Origin: Candidatus Bathyarchaeota archaeon
Lineage (GTDB): Archaea; Thermoproteota; Bathyarchaeia; Bathyarchaeales; DTEX01
Reading direction: 5' to 3'
Assembly (NCBI GenBank): GCA_018396635.1
Contig: JAGTQE010000005.1
Span: 11,325 to 75,324 of the forward strand
DNA: 64,000 nucleotides
Every line of letters begins with the position of its first letter. Positions within the stretch are counted from its first letter, which is position 1. Position numbers and translations under genes: made by a program. This document shows, piece after piece, positions 37,684 to 47,815 of the stretch. Below the pieces are notes generated by a model, which worked only from the letters and a program-made list of their open reading frames with translations, made no database searches and was not told where the DNA came from.

Positions 37684-38721
37684 CTAATCAAGTATTTGGA
37701 GGTCTAGAGCTAAACCATTAGGGGAAAGATCTCTATAGATCATTTGAAGCTCCTGCCGAGTGACGGGGCCTGTTATTATAAGGGGCTTCTCCCTTTGTAT
37801 CCTTTTGAGGGTTGGGAGCAAACTCTGTACTGGCGGAGAGAAGACCTTAGCCGGGTAATCTATGCTCACCTGTATTGCGCTTAGCTCCGGTATCTCCACT
37901 AGCTTATCCGCCAAATGAATATTTGCAGAATGAAGATGAAAAATGGAGTATTTAGATGCCTTAATAACCTTTACATCATAGGGGAGGAATATTTTCTCAT
38001 AAACTTTTGGAGAAATGAGCACCGAATAGTCCGCTTGGTTTCTACAGATCGGTTCAGGAGCCCAAATACCATACATGCAGCTGTAGCCGCCGCTAAACTT
38101 TGGAAGTAAACTTAGCTGCATGTTAAATGATTGGATAAACACATCTGCATAGAAATCTAGAAGGCTTCTAAGAGCATCAGGGCGCCTAAATATCGATATG
38201 CAAAGTCTCTCCGGACCTAAAGCGGATGCAGCCATATCCATTGGCCCTCTAAAAAGTGGCTGCACGACTGGTAGGCGACCTCTAGAGAATTCGACTAGCG
38301 CGGACGTGAATTCAAGAAACTTTTGCAGCCATTTATCATTTATTTTCATATGCATATGTATATTTTCCACATCATGTATGATTGGTTCAGCCCATACTTT
38401 ACCAGCGGAAACACGGATTGGGCAGCCAATGAAAGCCTGAGTCCAGCAAAGGTCGGCTGGGGCCAAAGTTCTAATAAAGTCGCCGGAAAGTATTGGCGAG
38501 TCAAAATTTATGTCTAGGCATCTAATGAAGAGTTTAGGCTCTATCAACTGGGGCTCTAAAAGCACGCCATCTGTTACCAGACGCCCATCAGCCAATGGTA
38601 TCGCCACATCCCTCCTAAGAGGCTCATATCTGCCTAATCGAGTAAGCGGCCTCGAATTACTCATCTGCCAGAAGAGCATATGCATCTTTAGAGCCTCTTC
38701 CAAGCTTAACCCACCCATCAT
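37684..38721 (-). CDS. hypothetical protein, uroporphyrinogen-decarboxylase (URO-D)-like fold suspected
   Basis: RGPMDMAASALGPERLCISIFRRPDALRSLLDFYADVFI and the later FHLHSAN resemble URO-D/MtaA-like TIM barrels. It is only weakly similar to 53623..54792. Confidence 0.35.
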   Translation of the reverse strand: MMGGLSLEEALKMHMLFWQMSNSRPLTRLGRYEPLRRDVAIPLADGRLVTDGVLLEPQLIEPKLFIRCLDINFDSPILSGDFIRTLAPADLCWTQAFIGCPIRVSAGKVWAEPIIHDVENIHMHMKINDKWLQKFLEFTSALVEFSRGRLPVVQPLFRGPMDMAASALGPERLCISIFRRPDALRSLLDFYADVFIQSFNMQLSLLPKFSGGYSCMYGIWAPEPICRNQADYSVLISPKVYEKIFLPYDVKVIKASKYSIFHLHSANIHLADKLVEIPELSAIQVSIDYPAKVFSPPVQSLLPTLKRIQREKPLIITGPVTRQELQMIYRDLSPNGLALDLQILD

Positions 38722-38938
38722 GGCAACTTACCGCGCTCCTATTAAAAATGCTTTAATATGTAGACCTTGAAGATAGCTCTATAAGGCATTTATTAACCTT
38801 AAAGATTATAGCTATATCTTCGATTTCTAGGGAGCGTTTATGGCCTGTATATTAAGTCACGTAATTTCGGAGTGCAAGTATCAAGCATAAAGCAATAATT
38901 TATAAAGGCAATTCAAAATAAGTGTTAATGGGTTGACC

Positions 38939-39901
38939 ATGAGGCTTGCCCTAGGATCCATATATGAGCTTACTGAAGATAAGCTTATCTTCGCGAAGCA
39001 GCTCGGCGTTGAGGAGATAGTTGTCCATGCGCCCGTAGACCCCTCCCTATCTGGTGGGCCAGGATACTATGAGTTTTACCCGCTCCTGAGACTTAGGACT
39101 CGTGTTGAGGCGTATGGGCTTAAACTGCTCGCAATAGAGAACATACCCTCACAATGGTATATGAAGGTGATGCTTGGCGAGGAGGGGCGGGATGAACAAA
39201 TAGAGAACTTCTGTAAGACTTTAGAAAATATGGGTAAGGCTCGGATACCAATACTCGGCTATAACTTTATGCCGACCGGTGTTTGGAGAACATGTACAGA
39301 CATGCCTTGGAGAGGAGCCCGCGTAACGAGCTTCGATTATGAGCTCGTTAAGGATGCTCCCGCAAAGCTGGGTAAACTTAACGATGAACAGATGTGGGAG
39401 AACTTTAAATACTTCATTAAGAGGGTTTTGCCGACGGCCGAGGAGGCGGGGGTTAAGCTAGCCCTTCACCCAGATGATCCGCCCGTCCCATCTATTGCTG
39501 GCATAGCGAGGATTTTTAGGAGTGTTGAGGCCTTTAAGCGCCTTATAGAGATGGCTCCAAGCGAATATAATGGCATATTGTTCTGCCAAGGGAACTTTGC
39601 ACTAATGGAGACTGATATTATGGAGGCGATACGGTACTTTGGCTCTAGGCGGAAGATATTTTATGTGCACTTTAGGAATGTTCGTGGGAACGCATACAAG
39701 TTCCATGAGACGTTCATAGATGATGGACAAGTAGATATGCTGAGGGCTATGTTAGCCTATAAGGAAGTTGGCTATGACAGCGTCTTCATAGATGATCATG
39801 TCCCACACTCCCCAGACGACACGCCATGGTGCCATAGGGGCAGAGCCTACGCATGCGGCTACATAAAAGCCCTCATAGAGGCTGTGAAGAGACTTGGCTA
39901 A
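38939..39901 (+). CDS. uxuA: mannonate dehydratase
   Basis: It aligns by eye with E. coli UxuA: GYNFMPTGVWRTCTD; PTAEEAGVKLALHPDDPPVPSIAGIARIF; IFYVHFRNV; FHETFIDDGQVDM; and FIDDHVPH. Confidence 0.85.
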   Translation: MRLALGSIYELTEDKLIFAKQLGVEEIVVHAPVDPSLSGGPGYYEFYPLLRLRTRVEAYGLKLLAIENIPSQWYMKVMLGEEGRDEQIENFCKTLENMGKARIPILGYNFMPTGVWRTCTDMPWRGARVTSFDYELVKDAPAKLGKLNDEQMWENFKYFIKRVLPTAEEAGVKLALHPDDPPVPSIAGIARIFRSVEAFKRLIEMAPSEYNGILFCQGNFALMETDIMEAIRYFGSRRKIFYVHFRNVRGNAYKFHETFIDDGQVDMLRAMLAYKEVGYDSVFIDDHVPHSPDDTPWCHRGRAYACGYIKALIEAVKRLG

Positions 39902-40043
39902 AACACTGTGATAGTGCATACGATATTTTGATGTACGGCCAATATAGATGTAATAAAATATTTTCGGCAAAAGGAGGGTTCTAAGCCGTAGGGCAAATCC
40001 ATTACTTTTAAAATACGATAACTTAAATTATTTTTGATGGAAT

Positions 40044-40814
40044 ATGAGCGGCCCTTTCAAATGGCCTGAAGGGAAAAAGCTGGCCGTCTCTCTAACATTT
40101 GATGATGGTCTACCTTCCCAGCTAAAATTTGCGGCGCCATTGCTTGAGAAGTTCAACATTAGGGCCACCTTCTACGTAAATCCCAGAGGGGAGGATTATA
40201 AGAGTTTTCTTAAGCCCTGGAAGGATATGGCTGATCGGGGGCATGAGATAGGCAATCATACCCTTACACATCCATGCTCCTGCAATTTTCAGGTTTACAG
40301 GAGGGAGGGCTTACAGAACCCCAGATGCCTAGAGAACATGAGCCTTGAAGATATAAAGGCGGATATCCTTGAGGCGCATAGGAGGATTAGAGAAGTTATA
40401 CCTGAGGGAAGCAGGACATTTGCATATCCATGTTATCAGACTTATGTAGGTAGGGGGAAGACTAAGAAGAGCTATGTGCCGATAGTTGCCGAAACCTTTC
40501 TAGCTGCTAGGGGTTGGGGTGAGCCCGTATGCGCCAACTCCCCCCTACTATGCGATTTACATGAGTTGTGGTCTTGGCCCGCCCATAGGATGAGCTATGA
40601 GGAAATGATAGGGTTGGCCGTTAAATCTTCATATGAGGAGAGATGGGCAATATACACATTTCATAACGTTAATGGCGGCTATCTATCAGTCTCAGACTAC
40701 GATCTAACAGGCTTTCTAAAGTTTCTGAAAGACCATGAGGATGAGATATGGGTTGCACCCGTATGCGAAGTCGCTGAATATATATTAGAGGAGCGGGCAA
40801 AGTTAGGTCTCTAG
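40044..40814 (+). CDS. polysaccharide deacetylase (CE4, NodB homology domain)
   Basis: It has LTFDDGLPSQ and GNHTLTHP motifs. Confidence 0.8.
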   Translation: MSGPFKWPEGKKLAVSLTFDDGLPSQLKFAAPLLEKFNIRATFYVNPRGEDYKSFLKPWKDMADRGHEIGNHTLTHPCSCNFQVYRREGLQNPRCLENMSLEDIKADILEAHRRIREVIPEGSRTFAYPCYQTYVGRGKTKKSYVPIVAETFLAARGWGEPVCANSPLLCDLHELWSWPAHRMSYEEMIGLAVKSSYEERWAIYTFHNVNGGYLSVSDYDLTGFLKFLKDHEDEIWVAPVCEVAEYILEERAKLGL

Positions 40815-40862
40815 TACTTCAGTCACAGCGATTAACTGTTTTTTATACCTTTCCCTTGATGA

Positions 40863-41741
40863 TTAATAACTATTTAAATTCGCATAGTCGCGATAATATT
40901 CGTCAATTTCATCTTTGGATAGCTTTCCCTTATGCAGCAGAACCCTATACTTGAATTTTACTGAGCCTCCCCTATCTATCTTCATGCTTCCATCTAGACT
41001 CTTCCTTCCCTCAAAATGTGAGAGACCAAGGCAGTTGGCTGCAAAGAGCCCATAGGCCCTAACATGCCAGTATGTGGGGTGTCTGGGGTTGCTTGGGTGA
41101 TCCAGAACAGTTATTCCAGCAACCTCTCCATCAATTTTACCGGTGTAATCGCACCATTTAGCCCTCTTACCCCAACATTGGGGCTCACCTACACCGCCCT
41201 CGGAGTTCATTATAACTCCATTGCCTATCGACTCCCTCATGCTATCTGCGACCCTAAATGCTATTATTCCACCCTCTTTAGTATCACCCAAAATAACGTC
41301 ATCATAATCGGCTTGAAATCTCACCTCATAATCTATAATTCTTATGTTGCCCAAGGTTTTCCAGAATATTACCGTTTTATATTCGCTCATAAGTTTAATG
41401 CCAACGTTAGAGACCCATAAGTTTACGGAGCTCAATATACATTTATCCTCATCCAGAATTATTGTTGGGTTATCTACGCATTTTATGAAGCCGGCTTTCG
41501 GCCCCTCACTCCACAGATCCTCGCCATTAACATTGCCGTGCGCAGTCCACATAGACCTGTGGTGTATGTGGTCTGGCGGTCCATCCCTAGTCACTAGGAT
41601 GTTGCCCGGAGCATAAATGGGGTAAAAGTATGGCTTGCGGAGATCCTTGCTATACCTATATGCCGCTATCAATACATTGTCTTCCAGTATCTCTAGGAGA
41701 CCCCTACTAACCAAACGTGTGGAGAAAACCATTTTAAGCAC
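40863..41741 (-). CDS. PmoA-family / DUF6807-like protein
   Basis: KPYFYPIYAPG...PPDHIHHRSMWTAHGNVNGEDLW matches my recollection of the DUF6807 family. That family usually neighbours Gfo/Idh/MocA oxidoreductases, as it does here. Confidence 0.55.
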   Translation of the reverse strand: MLKMVFSTRLVSRGLLEILEDNVLIAAYRYSKDLRKPYFYPIYAPGNILVTRDGPPDHIHHRSMWTAHGNVNGEDLWSEGPKAGFIKCVDNPTIILDEDKCILSSVNLWVSNVGIKLMSEYKTVIFWKTLGNIRIIDYEVRFQADYDDVILGDTKEGGIIAFRVADSMRESIGNGVIMNSEGGVGEPQCWGKRAKWCDYTGKIDGEVAGITVLDHPSNPRHPTYWHVRAYGLFAANCLGLSHFEGRKSLDGSMKIDRGGSVKFKYRVLLHKGKLSKDEIDEYYRDYANLNSY

Positions 41742-41745
41742 CAGC

Positions 41746-42573
41746 CTAATATTCCCTAAAAAACTTCTTAAGATTTTCCAGGCTCATCTTTATCGCCCAG
41801 GCAGGATTTTCTTCCCTTCTAAGGATCTCCACCGATATATACCCCTTAAACCCTATGCTCCTTAATCCCCTAACAACAGCTTTATAATCGGCGGATCCAA
41901 AACCAGGTCCACCCATATTGTCATCGTTAGCGTGAAAATGCATGAGGTATGCTCCACCCTTCTCTATCTGCCTATCTATAGGTTCATTGGTACCCGTCAT
42001 TGCATAGACATCCAATATGAGCCTAAAGTTTGGGCTGCTGACCTCCTCAATGAGCCACACAGCCTCATCAACAGTATTTATAAAGTTTGTCATCTCTCTT
42101 CTAAGCGGCTCTATACATATGTAGACGTTATGCTGCTCAGCATACATGGAGCATCTCTTAAATATCTCTACAGCCCATCTCCAGGCATCCTTTGGATCTA
42201 CGCCTTCCGGTATGCTCCTCTGGTGTGGTGAGCCGAGCACTATGATTCTGCCCCCAATATCGCTGCAGAAGTCTATGAGCGCCCTAAGATAGGCTTCGGT
42301 TCTCTCCCTCACAATGCGGTCAGGGCTCGTTAAGTGAACTCCTCTAACGCCCCTAAGAACCCAGTGTATTCCTATGACGTCTAAGCCGAAGCTCCCAGCC
42401 TCCTCTCTAATGGCTTCCCTAGTCTTCCTACTTATATCTGTAACCCGCTCAGCTATCGTGTATGGCGCTATCTCGATTCCCTCGTAACCAATCCTAGAGG
42501 CGCATTCAAAGATCTGTTTGAGGCTCCATCCCTCAAATATCTCATTACACACAGCAAATCTTGGGGTACTCAT
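41746..42573 (-). CDS. sugar phosphate isomerase/epimerase (xylose-isomerase-like TIM barrel)
   Basis: 275 aa with the pattern FECASRIGYEGIEI ... GSPHQR ... CIEPL ... FHANDDN, typical of the AP_endonuc_2 / xylose isomerase-like fold. Confidence 0.65.
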   Translation of the reverse strand: MSTPRFAVCNEIFEGWSLKQIFECASRIGYEGIEIAPYTIAERVTDISRKTREAIREEAGSFGLDVIGIHWVLRGVRGVHLTSPDRIVRERTEAYLRALIDFCSDIGGRIIVLGSPHQRSIPEGVDPKDAWRWAVEIFKRCSMYAEQHNVYICIEPLRREMTNFINTVDEAVWLIEEVSSPNFRLILDVYAMTGTNEPIDRQIEKGGAYLMHFHANDDNMGGPGFGSADYKAVVRGLRSIGFKGYISVEILRREENPAWAIKMSLENLKKFFREY

Positions 42574-42615
42574 CTAAACCACGCTAAAATGAACCTTTCC
42601 ACATCTCAGCTCTAA

Positions 42616-43635
42616 TTAAACCTCCTCTATCTTTACGGCTTTCCCTGTCTTAGAGGATTCGTATATGGCGTTAAGTATAAGAACGCTTTTTAACCCTTCT
42701 CGCCCATCAACGATCGGTTTTGTGCCTTTTCGGATGGCAGCCACCATATCCTCAAATATGTTAAGGGGCCTATCCTCAGGAAGACTTATGGAGTCAAGGA
42801 TTGATTGATCTCCATCTTTCAAATAGAAGAAATCTAGTTTCCCATCCTTCCATATTAGAGAACCCCTGTCGCTGTTAACCTCTATCCTAGTTCCAAGGTT
42901 AGGTATACTTGAAGTCGTTGTTGTAAGCGTCCCAAACGCCCCATTCTTAAACCTTAAGACAGCCACGCTACAGTCTTCAGTCTCTATATTATGTGTGAAT
43001 GTTCCAGACAATCCTTGGACTAAATCAACTCCACCCATCCACCACTGAACTAAATCTATAAAGTGTATACCTTGGTTAGCTGCGGATCCGCCTTCATATA
43101 GTCTACTGCTTCTCCATCCTGGAGGATATCCACCCTTATAGTATGCTTCATCCCTAAACCACTTCATTAGAACATCGACTAGAAAGACCCTGCCAATTAA
43201 ATTCTGTTGGATTGCATAATAGATTTTCTGGTTGAGGGGCTGATATCTTAGCTCAAAGTCAACGGCTAAGACAACATTAGCCTCCTCAGCCTCCTTGATT
43301 GCTAAGCGACACTTCTCCGCATCTATATCCATCGGTTTAGTCACAAATACGTGCAGCCCTCTTCTGATGGCCTTTAGAGCGTGATCCATGTGCATGCCGC
43401 TAGGAGTGAAGACCCCGACACAGTCTATGTCCTCCTTCTCTAGCATCTTATCGTAATCCGTATACCAGCGGCACTTGAACTCCTCGGCGATCTTCCTAGC
43501 CCTATCCTCCTGTAGATCACATACAGCCGATAATATTGCGCCCCTAGATTGAGTACACTGCTTGGCTTTGCTATAACCGACCCCTAAACCCAATATACCG
43601 AATCTAACTGGTTCAATAAAACCCATATTCTTCAC
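42616..43635 (-). CDS. Gfo/Idh/MocA-family NAD(P) oxidoreductase
   Basis: It has the Rossmann N-terminus VRFGILGLGVG and the motif FVTKPM (EKP-like). The protein is 339 aa. Confidence 0.8.
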   Translation of the reverse strand: MKNMGFIEPVRFGILGLGVGYSKAKQCTQSRGAILSAVCDLQEDRARKIAEEFKCRWYTDYDKMLEKEDIDCVGVFTPSGMHMDHALKAIRRGLHVFVTKPMDIDAEKCRLAIKEAEEANVVLAVDFELRYQPLNQKIYYAIQQNLIGRVFLVDVLMKWFRDEAYYKGGYPPGWRSSRLYEGGSAANQGIHFIDLVQWWMGGVDLVQGLSGTFTHNIETEDCSVAVLRFKNGAFGTLTTTTSSIPNLGTRIEVNSDRGSLIWKDGKLDFFYLKDGDQSILDSISLPEDRPLNIFEDMVAAIRKGTKPIVDGREGLKSVLILNAIYESSKTGKAVKIEEV

Positions 43636-43720
43636 CTACTAACATTAAGGTAAGCGAAGATTTATGCAAATATGCCTTCTAGGAAAACCTTTATTTTAAT
43701 ATTACCAATTCTTTTGCTGG

Positions 43721-44500
43721 GTGTGCAGCTTGAAGTTAGGTCTCGTCACGTATAATTTGGCTAAGGATTGGAGTCTTGAGAAGATCATTGATTTATGTAG
43801 CCGAGCAGGCTTTGAAGCTGTTGAGCTTAGGACAACACATGCCCATGGCGTAGAGCCCACTATAAGTGCTGATGAAAGGAGGAGGGTTAGGGAGCTCTTT
43901 GAGAGCTCGCCTGTTAAGCTTCTTAGCTTCGGCACTGTCTGCGAGTACCACTCTCCAGAGAGGAGCGAGGTTGAGAGGAATATAGAGCTGACAAAGGCTT
44001 TTGTTAAGCTTGCCTACGATACTGGAGCCATTGGCGTTAAAGTTAGGCCTAACAGGCTTATGGAGGATTATGGTATACCTAGGGAGAAGACGATAAGGCA
44101 GATAGGTAAGGCATTAAAGGTATGCGGGGATTATGGAAAAGAGTATGGTGTGGAGATATGGCTTGAGGTGCACGGTTATGGTACAAGCGACCCGAAGTGC
44201 ATAGGGGACATAATGGAGATAGCAGACCACCCATATGTGGGAGTATGCTGGAACTCTAACTACACCGATATAGTCGACGGATCAATATCATACGGCTTTA
44301 ATCTACTCAGGAAATGGATAAAATCTGTGCATATCCATGAACTCTACGATGAGAAATATCCCTATAAGGAGCTATTCACCCTACTTAAGGGGGCGGGATA
44401 CCAAAGGTACTGTTTAGCCGAAATACCCGAAAGCCCTGAGCCTGAGAGAATAATGCGATACTACAAGGCTTTATGGAGCGAGATGATAAGAAATATATGA
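43721..44500 (+). CDS. sugar phosphate isomerase/epimerase (xylose-isomerase-like TIM barrel)
   Basis: KLGLVTYNL..., GFEAVELR, WLEVHG and VHIHEL motifs. The start may be TTG 43730 (MKLGLVTYN). Confidence 0.6.
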   Translation: MCSLKLGLVTYNLAKDWSLEKIIDLCSRAGFEAVELRTTHAHGVEPTISADERRRVRELFESSPVKLLSFGTVCEYHSPERSEVERNIELTKAFVKLAYDTGAIGVKVRPNRLMEDYGIPREKTIRQIGKALKVCGDYGKEYGVEIWLEVHGYGTSDPKCIGDIMEIADHPYVGVCWNSNYTDIVDGSISYGFNLLRKWIKSVHIHELYDEKYPYKELFTLLKGAGYQRYCLAEIPESPEPERIMRYYKALWSEMIRNI

Positions 44501-45555
44501 TGGAGCTAAAGCACATGCTTCAGTCTCAAATTTTCACAACAGACAGCTGCAACAAGTCCGCCCACATGAAAAGCGAAACCCCATCTGCGGGCACGGCGCT
44601 CGTTACTGGCGGAGCCGGCTTTATTGGAAGCCATCTAGTCGATAGACTCATCGCCGATAGTTTTAGGGTTCGAGTTGCAGACAACTTCAGCAGCGGTAGG
44701 CTTGAGAATCTTCAGCGCCATAAGGGTGAACGGCGCCTCGAGATTTTAAACGCCGACCTAAAGAACCCGCTGATGGCGATGGAGGCGGTTAGAGGCGTTG
44801 ACACAGTCTTCCATTTTGCAGCTAACCCTGAGGTGCGTGTTAGCACGACGAATCCAGAGACCCATTTCAACGAGAATATTCTTGCAACGTTTAATCTGCT
44901 TGAGGCTGTAAGGAAGACTGGTGTTAAGGAGCTTATTTTTGCATCTTCTAGCAGCGTCTACGGTGAGCCGGATACTATACCAGTTGGTGAAGATGCTTCG
45001 GTAAAGCCCGTTTCAGTGTATGGCGCAAGTAAGGCTGCATGCGAAAACCTAATATACGCTTATAGCCGTCTCTACGGGATTAAAGCCATCGTACTGAGAT
45101 ACGCTAACGTTGTTGGGCCGAGGCTTAAGCATGGCGTCGTCTATGACTTCATAGTTAAGCTGCTAAGGAGCCCGGACAGCCTAGAGATTTTAGGTGATGG
45201 GATGCAGTTGCGAAGCTACATTTATGTATCTGATGCTATAGATGCCACCATAACTGCCTGGAAGAAGACCGTGAGTGCTTTTGAAGTCTATAATGTTGGG
45301 AGTGAGGATTGGGTAAGCGTTAATGAGGTTGCCGATATCATTATGGAAGTTATGGGGCTTAAAGATGTTAAACGTGTATATAAGCCGGTACTGCATGGCG
45401 TAGGTTGGCCTGGCGACGTTAAGCAAATAGCCCTATCAATTGAGAAGATTAAGGCCCTAGGCTGGCGGCCAAAAATGAGGAGCAGAGAGGCGCTGGCTGA
45501 GGCTGTGAGGGGAATTCTAGCTGATCTCAATATTAGAAAGGGGCCATCTTCCTAA
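44497..45555 (+). CDS. NAD-dependent epimerase/dehydratase (UDP-sugar 4-epimerase-like SDR)
   Basis: VTGGAGFIGSHLVDRL and the catalytic YGASK. ATG 44497 overlaps the upstream stop (ATGA). Met 44566 is an alternative start. Confidence 0.8.
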   Translation: MMELKHMLQSQIFTTDSCNKSAHMKSETPSAGTALVTGGAGFIGSHLVDRLIADSFRVRVADNFSSGRLENLQRHKGERRLEILNADLKNPLMAMEAVRGVDTVFHFAANPEVRVSTTNPETHFNENILATFNLLEAVRKTGVKELIFASSSSVYGEPDTIPVGEDASVKPVSVYGASKAACENLIYAYSRLYGIKAIVLRYANVVGPRLKHGVVYDFIVKLLRSPDSLEILGDGMQLRSYIYVSDAIDATITAWKKTVSAFEVYNVGSEDWVSVNEVADIIMEVMGLKDVKRVYKPVLHGVGWPGDVKQIALSIEKIKALGWRPKMRSREALAEAVRGILADLNIRKGPSS

Positions 45556-45639
45556 GGCCTAAGATGACCTTCTCCAAATGAACCTTTAGAATTAAGATTT
45601 CAGTAGCGCCTAAAAAGGAGCGGATTAGTTAATTTAATA

Positions 45640-47262
45640 GTGCGTGGTAGGTTAGGCTTGGGGTTGAGCCGCGCCTCCCTTATATCTCTGCCGCTCATAA
45701 TCGCCTTAGCTCTCAGGCTTTATCCATCTTTAATGAGCCAGCTGCCATTCTCGACAGATTCCTGGCCGCTCATAAGAAATGCAGAGGTTCTTTTGGAGCA
45801 CACACCAGTAAACTTAGAGGAAGAGATATTCGATGGATACAATAATTATTGGCCCTCTAGCAGCATATTCGGCGCAGTAGTCTCGCTAGTTACTGGTTCA
45901 AGTCCTATGGCCGCTATGGCCCTAGGCATACCGGCCGCAGCCGCGCTTGCAATACCGTTATTCTACACGCTTACATGCAGGTTCTATGGAAAAATCTCTC
46001 CAGCCTTCATTGCATCAATAATTTTGGCCACCTCATTCCCATATGCTCTGTCAACAGCTGGCGCTATCAAAGAGACTTATGCCAGCCCACTACTCATGTT
46101 GCTCGTCCTAATTGTTCTGAGCTCTTGGGGTTGGAGGGGCGCTGCGCTCTTTGCGATATCTTCAGCGACTTTAGCAATGACCCATCATCTAACATCTGTG
46201 GTGGCGCTGGCGGCTTTGGCTTTCATGATGCTATCAGATAGTCTTAAAAGGTTTCTTAGGGGCATGGTTTTGGAGCGGCTCCGCCCCACGCTGACATTTA
46301 TGTTGGCCACTTCGATAGCGCTACACTTTCTGTTGTATGCATATAGAGGCTTTAAGGTAACCTTAACATTAAATGATTTTATCACTGTAATCTCATATCA
46401 GGTTGTAGCATTCGCATTCGCACTTTATGTGGCGCGTTCCTCCGAGGGAGGGATTGGATCATGGAGGGGGATAAAATGTTTTTTAGCCGCAGCAATACCT
46501 ACAGTAGTCCTTACACTCTGCACGTTTAGGCGAATAACTCCTGATGCTCCGATGCTCCCGAGAAGATATATAATTTATGGATTGCCATTCGCCGCATCTG
46601 CACCCCTAGCTCTTATTGGGTTCTGGGAGCTTAAGAAAGCTGGTGGGGGTTACGCGAAGCTTGAGCCTCTCTTCTGGCTGGCGTCTGTTCTTGGTTTTGA
46701 GATATACGCCGTGTTTGGAGGTCCCCCTGTAGGTCTAACCTTAGCGTATAGAATGATAAACTTTATGTGGCCTCCGCTGGCTATGTTATGTGGCTATGGG
46801 GTTTATAGGCTGCTCTCGGCCGGTAGGCTAGCCGCCAAGATATTTTCAGCCACATCTATAGTGTTGATGGCCGTGCTAGGATGCTACAGCAGCTATGCGG
46901 CAACTATCGTTGGGGAGCGCTATATGGGTTACTTCTGGCTCTATAGGGCTCAGGAGTTTAGGGCAGGTGTTTGGATTTCGAGTCTATACAATAATAGAAC
47001 TGTCTTTGGAGATGTGAAGTACGCTTATCTTTTAAGAGGGTACTTCGAAGTAAAATATAATGAGTTTCAGGGTCTACTGTACTTGTCTGGATTAGATAAA
47101 TCGAAGCCAAGCATACTCATAACTTATGATTTAATGAGTAGAAACGGCTATGTTATTTATGGTGGATATAGTGTAGATTTGCCCCTTGGGTGGGTTAAAA
47201 GGCTCCATAATTTAAGCCTCATATACTTGAATGGTGTGGTGAACATTTATTTAGGAGACTAA
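45640..47262 (+). CDS. polytopic membrane protein, GT-C-type glycosyltransferase-like (ArnT/PMT-like)
   Basis: 540 aa with more than 10 TM helices and an early loop, LPFSTDSWPL. It sits beside the epimerase gene. The family assignment is tentative. Confidence 0.35.
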   Translation: MRGRLGLGLSRASLISLPLIIALALRLYPSLMSQLPFSTDSWPLIRNAEVLLEHTPVNLEEEIFDGYNNYWPSSSIFGAVVSLVTGSSPMAAMALGIPAAAALAIPLFYTLTCRFYGKISPAFIASIILATSFPYALSTAGAIKETYASPLLMLLVLIVLSSWGWRGAALFAISSATLAMTHHLTSVVALAALAFMMLSDSLKRFLRGMVLERLRPTLTFMLATSIALHFLLYAYRGFKVTLTLNDFITVISYQVVAFAFALYVARSSEGGIGSWRGIKCFLAAAIPTVVLTLCTFRRITPDAPMLPRRYIIYGLPFAASAPLALIGFWELKKAGGGYAKLEPLFWLASVLGFEIYAVFGGPPVGLTLAYRMINFMWPPLAMLCGYGVYRLLSAGRLAAKIFSATSIVLMAVLGCYSSYAATIVGERYMGYFWLYRAQEFRAGVWISSLYNNRTVFGDVKYAYLLRGYFEVKYNEFQGLLYLSGLDKSKPSILITYDLMSRNGYVIYGGYSVDLPLGWVKRLHNLSLIYLNGVVNIYLGD

Positions 47263-47650
47263 GCCTATAATCGCCGATAACCTCTTTGGTTAAGTTAGGC
47301 TTAGATTCTGCTACGATAAGGTTTCCAGCTAAATATATGCTGAGGGCACATGAACCGCGTTCTACACCTCCTAAAGACGATAATATTTTCAGGTTTATGA
47401 CGGGTTTCTCAGCTTCACTTCTCCGCCTAATGCTTTCAGATCTTATGGCGACCGCTCTGCCCAATAGGTCAGGCGTGGGCCGTATTTGCGTTAATCTATA
47501 GGCTTAAACTCGGCTGGCGGCGCATCAACCGCTAAGATTTTGATGGCTGCCTTTAAGGTAGATGTAGCGTGGATATTTAAAGCGTGGGTTCAAACCGAAA
47601 AGAAAAATAGAAACCCAAACAAAAACAAAGCAAGAATTATACAGGATTCT

Positions 47651-47694
47651 TACTCAAAAACAGCCAAAAATACGCCTAAAATGAGCAAAATGAT
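47651..47694 (-). terminator. oligo-T tract region downstream of tRNA-Ser
   Basis: Read on the minus strand, the sequence just 3' of the tRNA contains TTTT, TTTTT and TTTTT runs (ATCATTTTGCTCATTTTAGGCGTATTTTTGGCTGTTTTTGAG). Archaeal termination typically uses oligo-T. Confidence 0.4.
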
Positions 47695-47746
47695 TGGCGC
47701 CGGGGGTGGGATTTGAACCCACGCGGCCCAGATTGGGCCACAGGCT

Positions 47747-47763
47747 TTCTAACACTTCCCGGT
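47747..47763 (-). other. tRNA-Ser intron 3 (17 nt, canonical 37/38)
   Basis: 24 nt lie between CAGGC and GCCTG. Removing ACCGGGAAGTGTTAGAA leaves the loop CTGGAGA. The central helix is CTGG/TTAG (2 WC + 2 GU pairs) with bulges AGA and AAA. Confidence 0.55.
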
Positions 47764-47771
47764 CTCCAGGC

Positions 47772-47801
47772 CTGAGCTTGTATTTATCTCTCTTTTATGA
47801 T
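47772..47801 (-). other. tRNA-Ser intron 2 (30 nt, anticodon stem, position 29/30)
   Basis: The central helix GAGC/GCTC is flanked by the bulges AGA and AGG. CAG is repeated at both junctions. Removal restores the stem strand CAGGC, which pairs with GCCTG. Confidence 0.55.
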
Positions 47802-47815
47802 CTGCTCCCTACCGG

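Noticed and set aside
47219-47501. Two overlapping small ORFs (81 aa on the minus strand, 71 aa on the plus strand) lie between the GT-C-like gene and tRNA-Ser.
   Set aside because: They are mutually exclusive and have no motifs, and one overlaps the end of 45640..47262. There is not enough evidence to call either.
47582-47594. A T-arm-like string, GCGTGGGTTCAAA, lies on the + strand about 100 bp from tRNA-Ser. It could be a tRNA fragment or att-site remnant of an integrated element.
   Set aside because: The 3' half of the T stem (CCCAC) and any acceptor strand are missing. Its orientation is opposite to the tRNA, and no integrase or foreign-looking genes are adjacent.
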